Shown in pieces: positions 42,161 through 56,310 of a DNA stretch of 64,000 bases; positions within the stretch are counted from its first letter, which is position 1; every line of letters starts with the position of its first letter. Source of the DNA: Octopus sinensis (taxonomy: Eukaryota); assembly GCF_006345805.1 (NCBI RefSeq), contig NC_042998.1, positions 115,320,001-115,384,000 on the forward strand, read 5' to 3'. The notes under the pieces are model-generated. The model had not been told where the DNA came from, ran no database searches, and saw only the letters and a list, made by a program, of their open reading frames with translations. The position numbers and the translations under genes are program-made.

Positions 42161-42265
42161 CGAGGGGTGAATGAAAAGTTTTTAGCCTTGAAGTCTTGTA
42201 CCTTCATCAGAAGTTTTGTACCATGATTTGGTTTTTTGAGGCTCAAGATTTTCATACACCCCTCG
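42161..42265. mobile_element. Mini mariner-type MITE (105 bp)
   Basis: TA then cgaggggtgaatgaaaa ... ttttcatacacccctcg (17-bp TIR, one mismatch). Confidence 0.65.
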
Positions 42266-43118
42266 AATTTTCAAAGGCGTTTTTAGAATCTCATCTCTCT
42301 ACGAAATGAGTTTAGGATTTGTAGGATGTTCAGTTACTATTTCTAGCAAGTCGAACGGCCTCGTATGGCTTCCCTCCTTGGCCTGTGTTTCTTGTCTTTA
42401 TTGATGTTGTCGTTTTCAATATTGACTTTGCTGTTGTTTCTGTAATTGCTCTTTTATTTTGCTGACCTCGCTGTCATCATCACTTGCTGTTGTTGATGTT
42501 TCTCCTGTCATTTCAGTGGCTGTGCAGTCACTGTTGTAGTCATTATTGTCATTGTTTTAAGTGTCATCTCCGATGGCGTCGTCGCTTTCGCTGTCGTTGT
42601 AGCAAAGGTATCGAAAGAGAGAAGAAGAAGCAAGACACCGCAACATGAAATAGCTAAGTCAAGTCCAGACGGTCAGCGCGAGCATATTTCCCTTGTGAAT
42701 TGTACATAAATCGTGAAATGAAGAAAAGGTGGCGAAAGTGTAACATATTTTCACACCATTTAGTAAACAAGTTTACACCGATAACATCATGCGCTAATGC
42801 GTGTAAACTGAGTTCAACTGCGATATGTAAACATGAATGCGTGTCTGTGAATATATGGGTATGTTGTGTACATGTTTCTGAGTGTGCTTCAAGATGTGCC
42901 ATATATCACTTTTTCTATTTTTATTTTCTTATACATATGTATAAATTATATATATTGTTTTTTTCCTTCTTGGTTTTCTGTTATTTGCGTATCTCTTTAT
43001 ACTTGCGTTACGCTCCTACATACGAAAGATTTATTCGTTTTATTTTTCTTTCAGTTAGCTACCGTAACATAATTACAGACACACGTGCAAGTGTGTGTGT
43101 GTATGTGAGCGCGCGCGC

Positions 43119-43149
<31 letters not shown>

Positions 43150-43151
<2 letters not shown>

Positions 43152-43361
43152 CTCTTTTACTTGTTTCAGTTATTTGACTGTAGCCATGCTGGAGCACCGC
43201 TTTTAGTCGAGCAAATCGACCACAGGACTTATTCTTTGCAAGCCTAGTATTATTCTATCGCTCCTTTTACCGAACCGCTAACTTACAGGGACGTAAATAC
43301 ACACCATCGGTTGTCAGGTGATGTTGGGAGGGGGCAAGCACAGACACACAAACACACACAT

Positions 43362-43394
<33 letters not shown>

Positions 43395-43569
43395 AACATT
43401 TACATATGTACGACGGGCTTCTTTCAGTTTCCGTCTAAGAAATCTTCTCAAAGGCTTTGGTCGGCCCGAGGCTATAGTAGACAATTGCCGCAGATGCCAC
43501 GCAGTGGGACTCTACCCGGAACTATGTGGTTGGTATGCAAGCTACTTACCACACAGCCACTCCTGCGCC
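43150..43569 (-). mobile_element. SINE family B copy (full length)
   Basis: Reverse-complement match to family B from ggcgcaggagtggctgtgtggtaag to gaaacaagtaaaagag. Confidence 0.9.
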
Positions 43570-44041
43570 CCTATATATATATATATATATATATGGTGTG
43601 TGCCTGAGTGTGTGTGTGTGTGTGTGTGTGTGAGTGTGTGCGTGTGTGCGTGTGTGTGCGTGTGTGTGCGTGTGTATGTGTGCGCGCACATGTATATATA
43701 TACACACCCGTGTGAAAGAGAGAGGTTGGTCGGTAGGTAGGTAGATAGATAGATAAATAGAAAAGCAGATAGATAGATAGATATATTGATAGATAGATAG
43801 ACAGATGAGATACAAGGAGTCTTCACCAACTGTCTCAATGTAAGAGTGCTCAGGTTTGTTTACCACTAAAACTCTGGTATTAGCTGCAACGGAAAGCTGG
43901 AGTGTTTGGTCAACCTAACAAACGCAGCTAGAAGAGGTCTCTCTTTGAGCTCGTGGATATAGATTAACATAATAGTAATAATAATAAAAATGAAAAGGCA
44001 AAATATTTAGCGTCACACACAAAAACATTTATTATATATAT

Positions 44042-44072
<31 letters not shown>

Positions 44073-44399
44073 CACACCCACATACATACATACATACATA
44101 CATACATACATACATACATACATACATACATACATACATACTTCACCGTCACTGAAAGTGACAAATGGTGCAGTGAGCACCAGTATTGCTAGAAATAATA
44201 GTGATAGACTCCATAGCCACAGAAAGGACGTGTTCTACTTTGAACTGACAGGGGAGACAATCTCACACAGTAAGCAAGTTGCATTAGATTAGCCTGCTAA
44301 TATCGTATAGAAATTAATACTCATCAGTAATGCTTACTCTATTGCGCGTAGTAATGGTGCCCAAGCCATAGTCATTCGATGTTTAACAACTGCTTGAAT

Positions 44400-44653
44400 A
44401 GAAACTTCGTTTAAAACCCCCATTTTGTTTTTCACACTTTCCTTTGTATAGGTTGAACTATGTAAAATGTCAAAGAAAGAAATCTAAATTTTTTTTGCAA
44501 TAAATTACAATACGCATGTCTTTTCTTTTCAGGAACATATAATGTCTTTTTTTTTCAGGAACACATAATTTATAAAAATAGTAAATCTCCAATTTACTAT
44601 TTTGCTGCGTGGGTGCCCAAAAATCTTATATGGACCCTGGTCGAGAACCCCTG
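44400..44653. mobile_element. hAT-type MITE relic related to 35884-36222
   Basis: Shared ttttcacac..gtagg..gaactatgtaaaatgt..gcaataaat..ccaatttactatttt; ends ggtcgagaacccctg. Confidence 0.6.
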
Positions 44654-45496
44654 CAATAGAATACCTATGGGTGATTTTATGACAATCAGCCAATTTACTT
44701 TTTCTGGGTGTGACCACTAGACTTCTGAATAACTTCACGTTGTGGACCTCATCAACGCTTTGTAAGGTTTCAATAATAATTAGAAAATGAAATATGTATT
44801 ATTTGAAGAGAAGTGTCACTCTGTGTGTGCGTGCGCGCGTGTGCATGTGCGAGTGAGTGCGTGTGTGTGTGTGTGTATGTGTGTGTGCGTGCGTGCACGC
44901 GTATGTGTGTGTGTGATTATATGTAAATTCAAATGTTACAATCTTTCAACGGCAGAAGAAATAACAATTTGTAGAATACATTGATTAAAATTATTGTTTT
45001 ATGTTTTTAATTCTCGATCAAATTTCGCCCTACTACATTCATCTGGCGAAAAGTTTTATCTCCATTTCAGGCTTGTCCTGTATACAACCATCAGGATTTA
45101 TTCCTTGGTGAATAGTTATCATTTTCATTTACTGGTCTCTAAACATAACTTACTTTATTGTGAAGTTTTCATTAGCCAGCTAAATGATAGGACATCGTTT
45201 TTATCATTTTTATATATTCACTTTTTCTTATCTATTTCTTTAAGCATTCAGACTTTGCTTGTCTATATCCTAAACATATACTATTTATGTAAAAAGAAAA
45301 AAAAATGGTCGTATCTCTTTAGACTGGCCAATACAACATTTGTGCCATCTGCGCTTGTTCATTACGTCATCATATCCTGTTTTTGGCTGAGTTGTTAGAG
45401 GATCGGATACGATCGGTATACACTCTCTCTCCCGCGCGCACACAGGCATACACATATATGTTCATTTGGTGATATATCTATCTACTTATCTATCTA

Positions 45497-45527
<31 letters not shown>

Positions 45528-45529
45528 GC

Positions 45530-45582
<53 letters not shown>

Positions 45583-46257
45583 CTTGTATGTATATATGCC
45601 TGTATGTATGTATATATACCTGTGTGAGTGTATTTGTATCTGTGTGTGAGTGTGTGTGTGTTTGTGTGTGCATAATATTGATTTGTATCTCATACATTAC
45701 TTATCGAATTATATTTATAATTATAAATGACCATTTTTTCTTCTTGATATTGTCATTGAAGAAGTTGTTATTAATGTCGCTGCAGTTGCTGATGTTCTTC
45801 TTGTTGTGATGATGTTTTCCTCTCCGTGGATTTGTTTTTGATGGTATTCCTAATATTTATTCTTTTAATATAGTATATGTTTTTGTTCTTTTTGGCTTTA
45901 CATTTGATATGGTTACTTTTGTTGTTGTTGTTGTTGATGATGATGATGATGGTGGTGGTGGTGTTTTTGTTATTTATGCTGTTACTGCTTCTGTTGTGGT
46001 TAGTTTTCTTTTAATCTTCCTTCACATGATAACGTTTGTTTCTGTAGGAAAAATTATTAATTTCAAGCATGATAACGGCAAGTTAGGAATCAACAGAGAT
46101 TGCCAGCGGAACGACGAAATATCACTGTTAACTTCACATACACACACTCATAAACACGCCCACTAACACACACATACAAAGAGGGGCGTAAATACATAAA
46201 TGCATTCACATCTGTATGCATTCAATATATAGATACACTTTTACATAGAAACATAGA

Positions 46258-46297
<40 letters not shown>

Positions 46298-46357
46298 CAT
46301 ACACTTGTATATATATACATGTATATATATATATATCCATGTATATATATATTTACA

Positions 46358-46401
<44 letters not shown>

Positions 46402-46419
46402 GCATTCATTGACATATCA

Positions 46420-46445
46420 GCCTTTGGCTAAGATCAAAGTGTAGT
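46420..46445 (+). pseudogene. U2 snRNA 5' fragment
   Basis: gcctttggctaagatcaaagtgtagt versus U2 GCCTTTTGGCTAAGATCAAGTGTAGT (two 1-nt indels), ending at the branch-point recognition sequence. Confidence 0.6.
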
Positions 46446-47931
46446 GCATGTATACACACACATACACACACACACATACACACACACAAATGTATATATA
46501 TATATATATTCATACATGCATACATGCTTATATACATAAATATATACAGAAAAAGTTTTTACATACAATCTCACAACCGCACGCTCATAAAAAGCTGATA
46601 TGCAATCACACTGGCACACACCCGCATACACACGCATACAAACTGATACCCCCAATAGACATACATATTATTACAAGCACCAACATGGCGCTCATACGAA
46701 TATATGTGCATGCATATTTACATAGGTATATGAGCGAGTGTTTAGCGAGAAGAGGAAAAGAGGAAAGAGAGGAAAAGAGACAAAGATACGTGTTCTTTTT
46801 TCATATATGATGTATAATTTTGTTTTCTTCAAATTTATATAAATTACTTCACTATGCATGCATGTTTTGAGCCTCTCAAATGCAGAAGCGTTTTTCTAAT
46901 GCACATAATATTCATACATACATGATTTACATGCATAAATGCATACATACATACATACATAAATACATACATGTGTTTTCTCCTTTGCATACACGTTTTT
47001 TCCGTACTTAGGTAATTACGTATGTGAGTGCATACAAGCGGCAAATTTGTTTACAGGTAATAAGATCAATCATAAATGCATACATGCATACATATACAGA
47101 CACACACACAAACACACATGCATGTATACATACATATATATATATAATGAATATATATATATATATATAGATATATAATATATAAGATATATATATATAT
47201 ACATGTATATATATACCTATGTATTCATATATATATAGTAATATGTATACATATAAATATATATATATATAATATATACATATGTATACGTATAAATATA
47301 TACAGTATATTATATATATGATATATATATTATATATATATATCTATATATATATATAGATATACATTATATATATATATATATACTAATATATATACAT
47401 ATGCATACATATATGTATGTATATATGTATTCGTATACACGTATGTCTATGTTTGTATTTATGTTTCCTCTGATCTAATTTACGTTAGGATCCTTAGGTA
47501 CTAATTTACATGTTTTCTTTCTTTTGAGAGTGTTTGGAAGCGTCCAATATTGATATAGTATTTACATCGCTTCTGGCCTATGAGCTCCCTTTGATTTTGC
47601 ACGCAGTATACTATTTGCTGTAAACACGCAGTTTCTTACGTACAGACTAGCTCCATATATATAAACCATTAAAACGTATTTGTAAACACAGAAATCTATA
47701 AATGTATTTACCCCATGCAAATATAGTAATATGTAGTTATATGTAGATGCATAGGCTCACAAGCACACACACACACACACATACATATATTATATACATA
47801 ACAACATACATACATTCATTTATACATTTTTATATGTATATGTTTGAATGCATGTATGTATATATATGTATATTATGTATATGTTATATACATATATATA
47901 TATATATAATAATATATATATATATATATAG

Positions 47932-47962
<31 letters not shown>

Positions 47963-48150
47963 ATTAAATATATATATGATATATATATATATATAAATAT
48001 GTATGTATATATGCACATATATTCATGTATATTACTATTACAACTACATACATACATACATAAACACACGCATATTTTTATAATTCTATTTCGTATATAT
48101 GTTCTCAAGCATGCAAGCACGCACGCACCCGCACACAAACACACGTAATG

Positions 48151-48388
48151 GGGGAACGTGGCTTAGATCTTAGGCTGTTGGGCTTGTGATCGTAAGATTG
48201 TGGTTTCTGTTTGTGCACCGGGCGATGTGTTTTCTTCTTAAGCAAAAAACTTCATTTGACGTTGTTCCTGTCTGCTAATCTGGCAAAAGTGAGTATTCCT
48301 GCGATGGACTACTACCCCGTCCAGTGATGGAAAATATATGCCTCAGAAACTTGGAAACTGGCTCTATGAGTCTATGACTCAAGAAGGA
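48151..48388 (+). mobile_element. Decayed tRNA-derived SINE
   Basis: ggggaacgtggcttag..gatcgtaagattgtggttt..cttaagcaaaaaacttcatttgacgttg..cctgcgatggactactaccccgtccag. Confidence 0.55.
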
Positions 48389-48758
48389 CCAAAAAATACA
48401 TAATTTTATGTTGCATTTACATAAAATCTTCACCTAATGGAGTACACGTTTCTTTCTTTTGTTTACAAATATCGTTGTATATGAGGGGAAAGATACGCAG
48501 TATCTAACAAAAGACAAGTTCATTGCGGGATCTCGAACCATTTTTACAAACCAGTAGTAAAGAAGAGTAGCTTGTAAAGAAAGTATATTAATTGAGATAT
48601 CAGCAGCAAATAACGACGCGGATGACCGGTGAGTTCTCCATTAAAAGAATCTACAATCCACACAACTGACAGAGTGAAAAGGTGCATCGGAATACATGTG
48701 TTGTTTCTGGTTGCAATTGTGTGCGCAATAATACATATATGCACACACATACACATAA

Positions 48759-48802
<44 letters not shown>

Positions 48803-48847
48803 TATATATATATATATATAGATATATATATATATATTATATATATA

Positions 48848-49031
48848 GGCGCAGGAGTGCGTGTGTAGTAAGTAGCTTGATTACTACTCACAAGGTTCCG
48901 AGTTCAGGCCCACTGCGTGGCACCTTGAGCAAGTGTCTTCTACTAAAGCCTCGGGCCGACCAAAGCATTGTGAGTGGATTTGATTGACGGTAACTGAAAG
49001 AAGTTCGTCTTATATATGTGTTTGTGTGTAT

Positions 49032-49070
<39 letters not shown>

Positions 49071-49284
49071 CGCGTGTGTGTGTTTGTGAGTTTGTGTTTG
49101 TCCCTCCACCATCGCTTGACAGTCGATGCTGGTGTATTTACGTTCCCATAACATAGCGGTTGGGCAAAAGAGACCGATAGAATAAGTACTAGGCTTACAA
49201 AGAAGAAGTCCTGGGGTCGATTTGTTCGGCTAAAGGTGATGCTCCAGAATGGCCGCAGTCATATGACTGAAACAAATAAAAGAG
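48848..49284 (+). mobile_element. SINE family B copy
   Basis: ggcgcaggagtgcgtgtgtagtaagtagc..gcaccttgagcaagtgtcttctac..gactgaaacaaataaaagag. Confidence 0.9.
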
Positions 49285-49385
49285 AAGAAAGAATAGACAC
49301 ACACACATGCTATATATATATATATATTATATATATATATAATATAATATATATACGTACATACATATGTTCATGTATCTGCTGT

Positions 49386-49640
49386 TCTTTTGTTCTTTTC
49401 TTTCAGTCATTTGAGAGCGGCCATGCTGGAGCATCGACTTCAGTCTAACAAATAGATCTCGGGACTTATTCTTTGGAAGCCTAGTACTTATTCTATCGTT
49501 CTATTTTGCCGAATCGCTACGTTACGGGGACGCAAACACACCAAGATCGGTTGTCAAGCGATGATGTGGGGACAAACACAGAGACACGAATACACACACA
49601 CATACATATATACATACATACCTACACACACACACACACT

Positions 49641-49696
<56 letters not shown>

Positions 49697-49855
49697 CGAC
49701 AGGCTTCTTTCAGTTTCCCGGTCTTCTTTCAACCACAAGGTACTGGTCAGCCCGAGGCTATAGTAGAAGACACTTGCCCAAGATGCCACGCACTAGGAAT
49801 GAACGCGGAACCATATGGTTTCGAAGCAAGCTTCTTAACACACAGCAACTCCTGC
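49386..49855 (-). mobile_element. SINE family B copy, inverted relative to 48848-49284
   Basis: Reverse-complement match to family B. Confidence 0.88.
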
Positions 49856-49864
49856 AATATACAT

Positions 49865-50095
49865 ATATTTCTTTATTTTTTTCGTATCGGTTTCAGGTCA
49901 AAGCTGTGGCTACACTGAGGCACCTCCGTTTTGCTGAACTGTTATTATTGAGAGCCTCCTCTGATACGTGGAATTTGGTCAATGAGGGAGTTTGATGTTG
50001 CTGCCCTCATTTGCGCCTCCAGCCGCGAGGTAGGTTCATCTAAGAATCTCCACAGGAAGAGATCCAGTTTTGTTTTGAAAACACCTACATCAACA
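49865..50095 (-). mobile_element. CR1-like LINE 3' end
   Basis: [28 protein letters not shown] then stop and short 3' UTR. Confidence 0.7.
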
Positions 50096-50210
50096 CACGC
50101 ACACACACATATACAAACATACGTATAAGTAGATATAGATATACACACATATATATATATACATATAAACATATACATACATATACATATATACATATAT
50201 AGTATATGTT

Positions 50211-50283
<73 letters not shown>

Positions 50284-50522
50284 GCACACACATACATATA
50301 GATATAGATATATATATATATGTACATATACATACATAAAGATTATATATATATATATATATGTAGTCCCGGTTGATCCGGGGGTAACCACAGTAAGTAA
50401 GTACTCAATACATAGCAGAGTAAAATATTTATTATATAGAAGGAGCTTCTACAGGACTAGTATGTTTCATTCAGAGAAAATATATATATATACATGCACA
50501 CATTTATGTGTACATGTTTATG

Positions 50523-50958
50523 TATAAACCTGAACTTGTAATCTGGATACAGTAGCTGCAGATTTCTCAATGGTTCAGCATAGGTGTTCTCTTTTTCACT
50601 GATCTTCAGCTTTATATTAACATCTGCTGGGCATCTCATTTCCACAACTGTGCACAGTTTCTCTTCTCTATCCCAATCATTATATCAGGCCTGTTGTACT
50701 TACATTTTATTGGGGTTTTCAATGGGACATTCCACCAGTATTCCTCTTCATTATGAGTGGCTATGTGTTCTATCATATTTTGGGTTCATATTTCTGTTTC
50801 CTCGCGATTATGCTTCCGACGGATTTTAGTATAGAGTATCCTCGCTACAACGTCATCTCTTAACGGTAGATAATACCGTGATGACATATTCGGACAACTG
50901 CTTATGATGTGGGTGATATCTTCAGTGTAATCTCCACAAAGCCTGCATCGGTTGTCAC
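50523..50958 (-). mobile_element. RLE-type non-LTR retrotransposon fragment (CCHC knuckle plus PD-(D/E)xK endonuclease)
   Basis: [82 protein letters not shown], with frameshifts. Confidence 0.85.
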
Positions 50959-51002
50959 GCTATATGTATAACTGTATGTATGTATGTATGTATGTATGTA
51001 TG

Positions 51003-51033
<31 letters not shown>

Positions 51034-51609
51034 GTATGTATATATGTATGTATGTTTGTATTATGTATGTATCTATCTCTGTGTACATACGCACACACAC
51101 ACCGACACACACACACATATATATATAAATTAATATAAATAGCAGTTTACAATGTTTTACCAAAAGCGAGAATTATAATTGTCTCTAAATGTGACTAGGG
51201 TGTTACGAAATACCAACATTGCTAGAAATAAGGCCTAAACCGCTCTAATGCTGTAGTTAAAGCACATGAATGAAAACATATACAGTCATCCGAAAAGTAC
51301 CCCAGCATGGCCTCAATCTCATTACTGAAACAAGTAAAAAATAAGATACATAGACATATATGTTTATGTGTATATATGTGTTTTATGTATCACCAATGAT
51401 GTGTAGTTTAGAGTAATACTTCAAAGGCTCCCGTCCCCACAAAAAAGAAACAGTCGAGAAAAATATATTTATATATTTCTACATAGAGACACTTGTTTAG
51501 GCGTAATTGAAGAATGGAATTTTGGGTCACTGCTATTGTATCAAAGATATGGCTGTTATTACACATAATATATTACATCACGTCCTTATATGAGATAAAC
51601 CTACAGATA

Positions 51610-52010
51610 ATATTTTCCACGGTAGGCACAATACTCGAAATTTCGGGGGAGGGGGTCAGTCAATTAGATGGATCCCCGTACGCAACTGGTACTTAATTTA
51701 TCGATCCGAAAGGATGAAATGCAAAGTCGACCTCGGCGGAATTTTAACTCACAACGTAACGGCAGACGAAATACATATTTCATTACTACCCACAAGGGGC
51801 TAAACACAGAGGGGACAAACAAGGGCAGACAATCGGATTAAGTCGATTACATCGACCCCACTGCGTAACTGGTACTTAATTTATCGACCCCGAAAGGATG
51901 AAAGGCAAAGTTGACCTCGACGGAATTTGAACTCAGAACGTAACGGCAGACGAAATACGGCTACGCATTTCGCCTGGCGTGCTAACGGTTGTGCCAGCTC
52001 GCCGCCTTAA
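51610..52010 (-). mobile_element. Two tandem or nested SINE family A copies
   Basis: Two successive reverse-complement matches (..aactggtacttaatttatcga..aaaggatgaaa.gcaaagt.gacctcg.cggaattt..cagaacgtaacggcagacgaaatac). Confidence 0.85.
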
Positions 52011-52420
52011 TAAACCTAGTGATAATGACTCCATCATCGGTGTCCTATAACCACTATCCTATATACCTGGTGTTTCTTCCCTCTTTCACTTCCACCATCA
52101 CTCTTACTGCTCAAAACTCTTTCATCTCACGCTCTACGCACCGACATTATTTTCAACTGTTTACCTACTGCACTTCAACTTGTCATACTCAATGATTTTG
52201 CAAGTGTTGTTGTTGTTGCTGTTTTTGATTTGGTTATTTTTAATGTTATGCTCAGTGATGATTAGGTTGTTTTCGATGTGGTTATTTGTTGTTGTTGTTG
52301 TTGTTGCGATGGTGGTCACTTTTGGTGTAGTTGTTGTTGATGATGATGATGTCCTTGTCTTTTTGTGTGTGAGAGAGAGAGTGAGAGAGAGAGACAGACA
52401 GACAGAGACAGTGGAAGACG

Positions 52421-52475
<55 letters not shown>

Positions 52476-52759
52476 CAGACAAGGATAAGAATAGAGGGTG
52501 TTTCTTTTAATATTTCTAGCAATTCGAGCGACCGCGTACAAGTTCCTATGTTGCTAATATTTCTTCGGTACATGTATTCCCCAGCAGAAACTTAAGCCGA
52601 TTATGAATCACATCCGTTTTACAAGTTTGCATAAGGCTTGTAAAGGTTATGTTGCTGTTTGCATTATTCACAAAAATTCACAAGAAGAAATAAATCCTGA
52701 AAACCACTCTGTAACATCAGTAGGATTGGTATGCAATATGCATCAGGATTGGCATGGCG

Positions 52760-53014
52760 CATACATCAGGGACCCATATGAACCTTGGATGTTCATATAA
52801 GATTTTGCTGTTAAAATTTACGTGCAATAAAATCGGCAGTTAGACTTCTACAATACACAAAATATTTCAATATTTTTAAATAAAATTCCTAATAATATTG
52901 AATTTTTAAAAATTTAATAGGATTTTTTAAACATCGACTGGTTATGAAGACCTATCCGAGTAAAACAGGAATTCAAGGGATCCATGAATTTTAAAAAATG
53001 GTTGACAACCACTG
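52760..53014. mobile_element. hAT-type MITE relic
   Basis: Aligns with 53304-53557 (ataagattt.g.tgttaaa.ttta.gt.caataaa, ttcctaataatatt, atccgagtaaaa); ends ggttgacaaccactg. Confidence 0.6.
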
Positions 53015-53303
53015 ACTTGTACGGTTACACATTTGTTTGCTTATGAGCTCAGGACAGGAACTATATTACGTGTGACCTGTCATGAGTTCCCTGATTGGTG
53101 AGATCAAGGAGGAATTTTTACTGAAGCTGGAGACCTAATTTGAATACTTTCAACATATTGGACTCATGCAAGACATCCACATTGTGGACTCGGCGAAACA
53201 CATTTAACACATTGTGTTATTAAAGTGGACGGTGGATTGAGGCGTGCATTTATTGGTCGTGTCTTTATAGTTATTGCCTCATTTATACCATTTCCCTATA
53301 AAG

Positions 53304-53557
53304 CAGTGGTTTTCAACCGGGGTTTACAGGACTCTTCGGAGTCCCTATAAGATTTCGTTGTTAAAGTTTATGTTCAATAAATTAGTTATACTTTTGCTAT
53401 AAACGGAATATTTTAATGTTTTTTTAAACAATTCCTAATAATATTTCATTATAAAATATAAAAGGATTTTTTAAACTATCGAATGGTTAAGAAGGTCCAT
53501 CCGAGTAAAAGAAGAGTCACATAGGGTCCATTGAGAAAAAATGATTGAGAATCACTG
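53304..53557. mobile_element. hAT-type MITE
   Basis: TIRs cagtggttttcaac / attgagaatcactg. Confidence 0.7.
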
Positions 53558-54240
53558 CTGAAAAAGGAAGGGAAAGCAAAAGAAAAAAAAAATAGAACTC
53601 AATTAACAAATAACCTCGCGTATTTAGAATATGCATAATATCAAGAGGATGAATGTATTATATTTGATATATGTTTTATCTGGAAAAATACTAGTTTATG
53701 TATACCTGTGTATTTTTATATGCGTGTATGCTTACATGCACGTGAAAATATTTGTTTGTTTGTGTGTGTGTATGTGTATGTGCTTGTGTATGAGGATGTG
53801 TATGTGTGATTGTATGTCGATGTTTGAGGGTATGTGTTTGTTCATGTTATATATACGTGTATAAATTTTCAAGCATATGTGTATAAGAGTGCTTGCCGAC
53901 CTATATAGATATTCACATGCGTAAATACATATACACTGATATTTATGCATATGTGCATATGCACATGTATAAGTGTGTGTGTTTGGTGGGTCGATGTCTG
54001 TGCCTGTGCGCGTATGATGTCACTGAGTAGAAAGAAATGGGTAGAAATAATTTAATACGAAAAAGTGTATATATATGAAAAATATATTTGTGTTGATGTG
54101 TTTGTGCCAGTATATAAATGACAAGACGTATCCGATTGTGTCTACTGAATAAGAAACAAAACTGCCTGCTAACAAAGATTCATTACGGATTAATACAGTT
54201 GTACGCATCATTATGTAACAACGTATGTGTGTTAATGTGT

Positions 54241-54308
<68 letters not shown>

Positions 54309-54763
54309 ATGCATATTTGTTGTGTATGTGTGCATAAATGCACGTTTCATGAGAGCAATTGTGTATACATGTGTATACAGAATTAGGCTGTATTAAGTAT
54401 CATTGAACGTAGAGCAGCATTGATGCAAATATGCAGCCATGGAGCAGGATCATGTCGAAAGAATTTTTTTGTGCTGCGACACAATTCGCTAATTAGTCGT
54501 TAATTAGTTTAATTCCAATTACATGGAAACGTAGATAAAAATTGTGTGTGTGTGTGTGCATTAATATACATATATATATGTGCATACATATATATAATAT
54601 ATATATATATATTACATGTATATATGTATATGTGTGCGCGCACACACACACACACACATATATATATATAAATACATATATATGTATATATATATATGAA
54701 TATATATATATGTGTGTGTGTGTGTGTATGCATATATATATACATACACACATACACACAAAA

Positions 54764-54795
<32 letters not shown>

Positions 54796-55678
54796 TTCAT
54801 GTACACATACGACTATGCTTATGCAAAGCAACTTACATATACAACACAAATAAAAGTTTAATCGAATGCGATGAAAGGTGGAAATAGAAATAAAAATTAA
54901 ATGGAATCATAGAAAATAAAATAAAATTGTAAAGCGGGGTTTTATCTATTTATTTATTTCATTTATTTATTTATTTACTTATTTACTTTTCTGGTAGTTG
55001 CTTTGGTTGTTTTGCGTTTGAGAAAAAGAAACGAGCGGGTAATTTATACCCTGCAGATCTTCGTACACCGCGACACTTTCGAAGTGTCGTATTCGTCAAG
55101 GTGTTTCTTAGTTTTGTTAACTCCTGTTGTTTTGGACAAGCTAGTCAATGGTGGAGACATAAATGGTTTGGTTGATGGTTCGTCAAGGCGTTGGTGGTGT
55201 TTTATTTCAGATTTTATTTCTTAGATAATCCTTTTTCAGATGGTAACAAAGATACCAAACAGTTTCCTTCTAAATAATTTTTTGTCTAAATCATCCCTTT
55301 AAGCATCGTTCTGTAAATTTTTTCTTTTACGATTACAAAGTCTGGTTTTTATTTTAATGCTTTCTTTTTTGGTGGTGTTCTTGCTCTCACTGTTGTCTTT
55401 GGTGTTGTTTTCCTAGTAGACGTTGAATTTGTTTCACTTTCAATTTCGCTTTTAACTTTCTTTGTGTCGCATAGGCTTTCCTTTCATCTTGATATTAAGT
55501 CTGACTGTTTCTCTGTCAATGTCTCCCTCTCTCCATCACTTTCTCGCTCCCCGGTCTCTTTCTTTCTCTGAAACAATTTATACGCCTGCGTATATAAATA
55601 TATGTATACCGCATACATACAAACACATCGCACACATATAAACATATATACGCATACATCATATGCATATATATATAT

Positions 55679-55714
<36 letters not shown>

Positions 55715-55773
55715 ATATGTATATATATAATATATGCGCGTGTGTAGTATATACATACACCACACACACACAC

Positions 55774-55812
<39 letters not shown>

Positions 55813-55838
55813 TGCATTATATATGTGGGTATATGTGT

Positions 55839-55900
<62 letters not shown>

Positions 55901-56310
55901 GGAGTGGCTGTGTGGTAAGTAGCTTGTTTACCAACCACATGGTTCCGGGTTCAGTCCCATGCGTGGCATCTTGGGCAAGTGTCTTCTGCTATAGCCCGGG
56001 CCCGACCAATGCCTTGTGAGTGGATTTGGTAGACGGAAACTGAAAGAAGCCTGTCGTATATAAGTATATATATATAAGTGGTGTTGTATATTGTTTGTGT
56101 GTCTGTGTTTGTCCCCCTAGCATAGCTTGACAACCGATGCTGGTGTGTTTACGTCCCCGTCACTTAGCGGTTCGGCAAAAGAGACCGATAGAATAAGTAC
56201 TGGGCTTACAAAGAATAAGTCCCGGGGTCGATTTGCTCGACTAAAGGTGGTGCTCCAGCATGGCCGCAGTCAAATGACTGAAACAAGTAAAAGAGTAAAG
56301 AGTAAAGAGT
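55901..56310 (+). mobile_element. SINE family B copy (close to consensus)
   Basis: ggagtggctgtgtggtaagtagcttg..ggttccgggttcagtccc..gactgaaacaagtaaaagagtaaagag. Confidence 0.92.
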
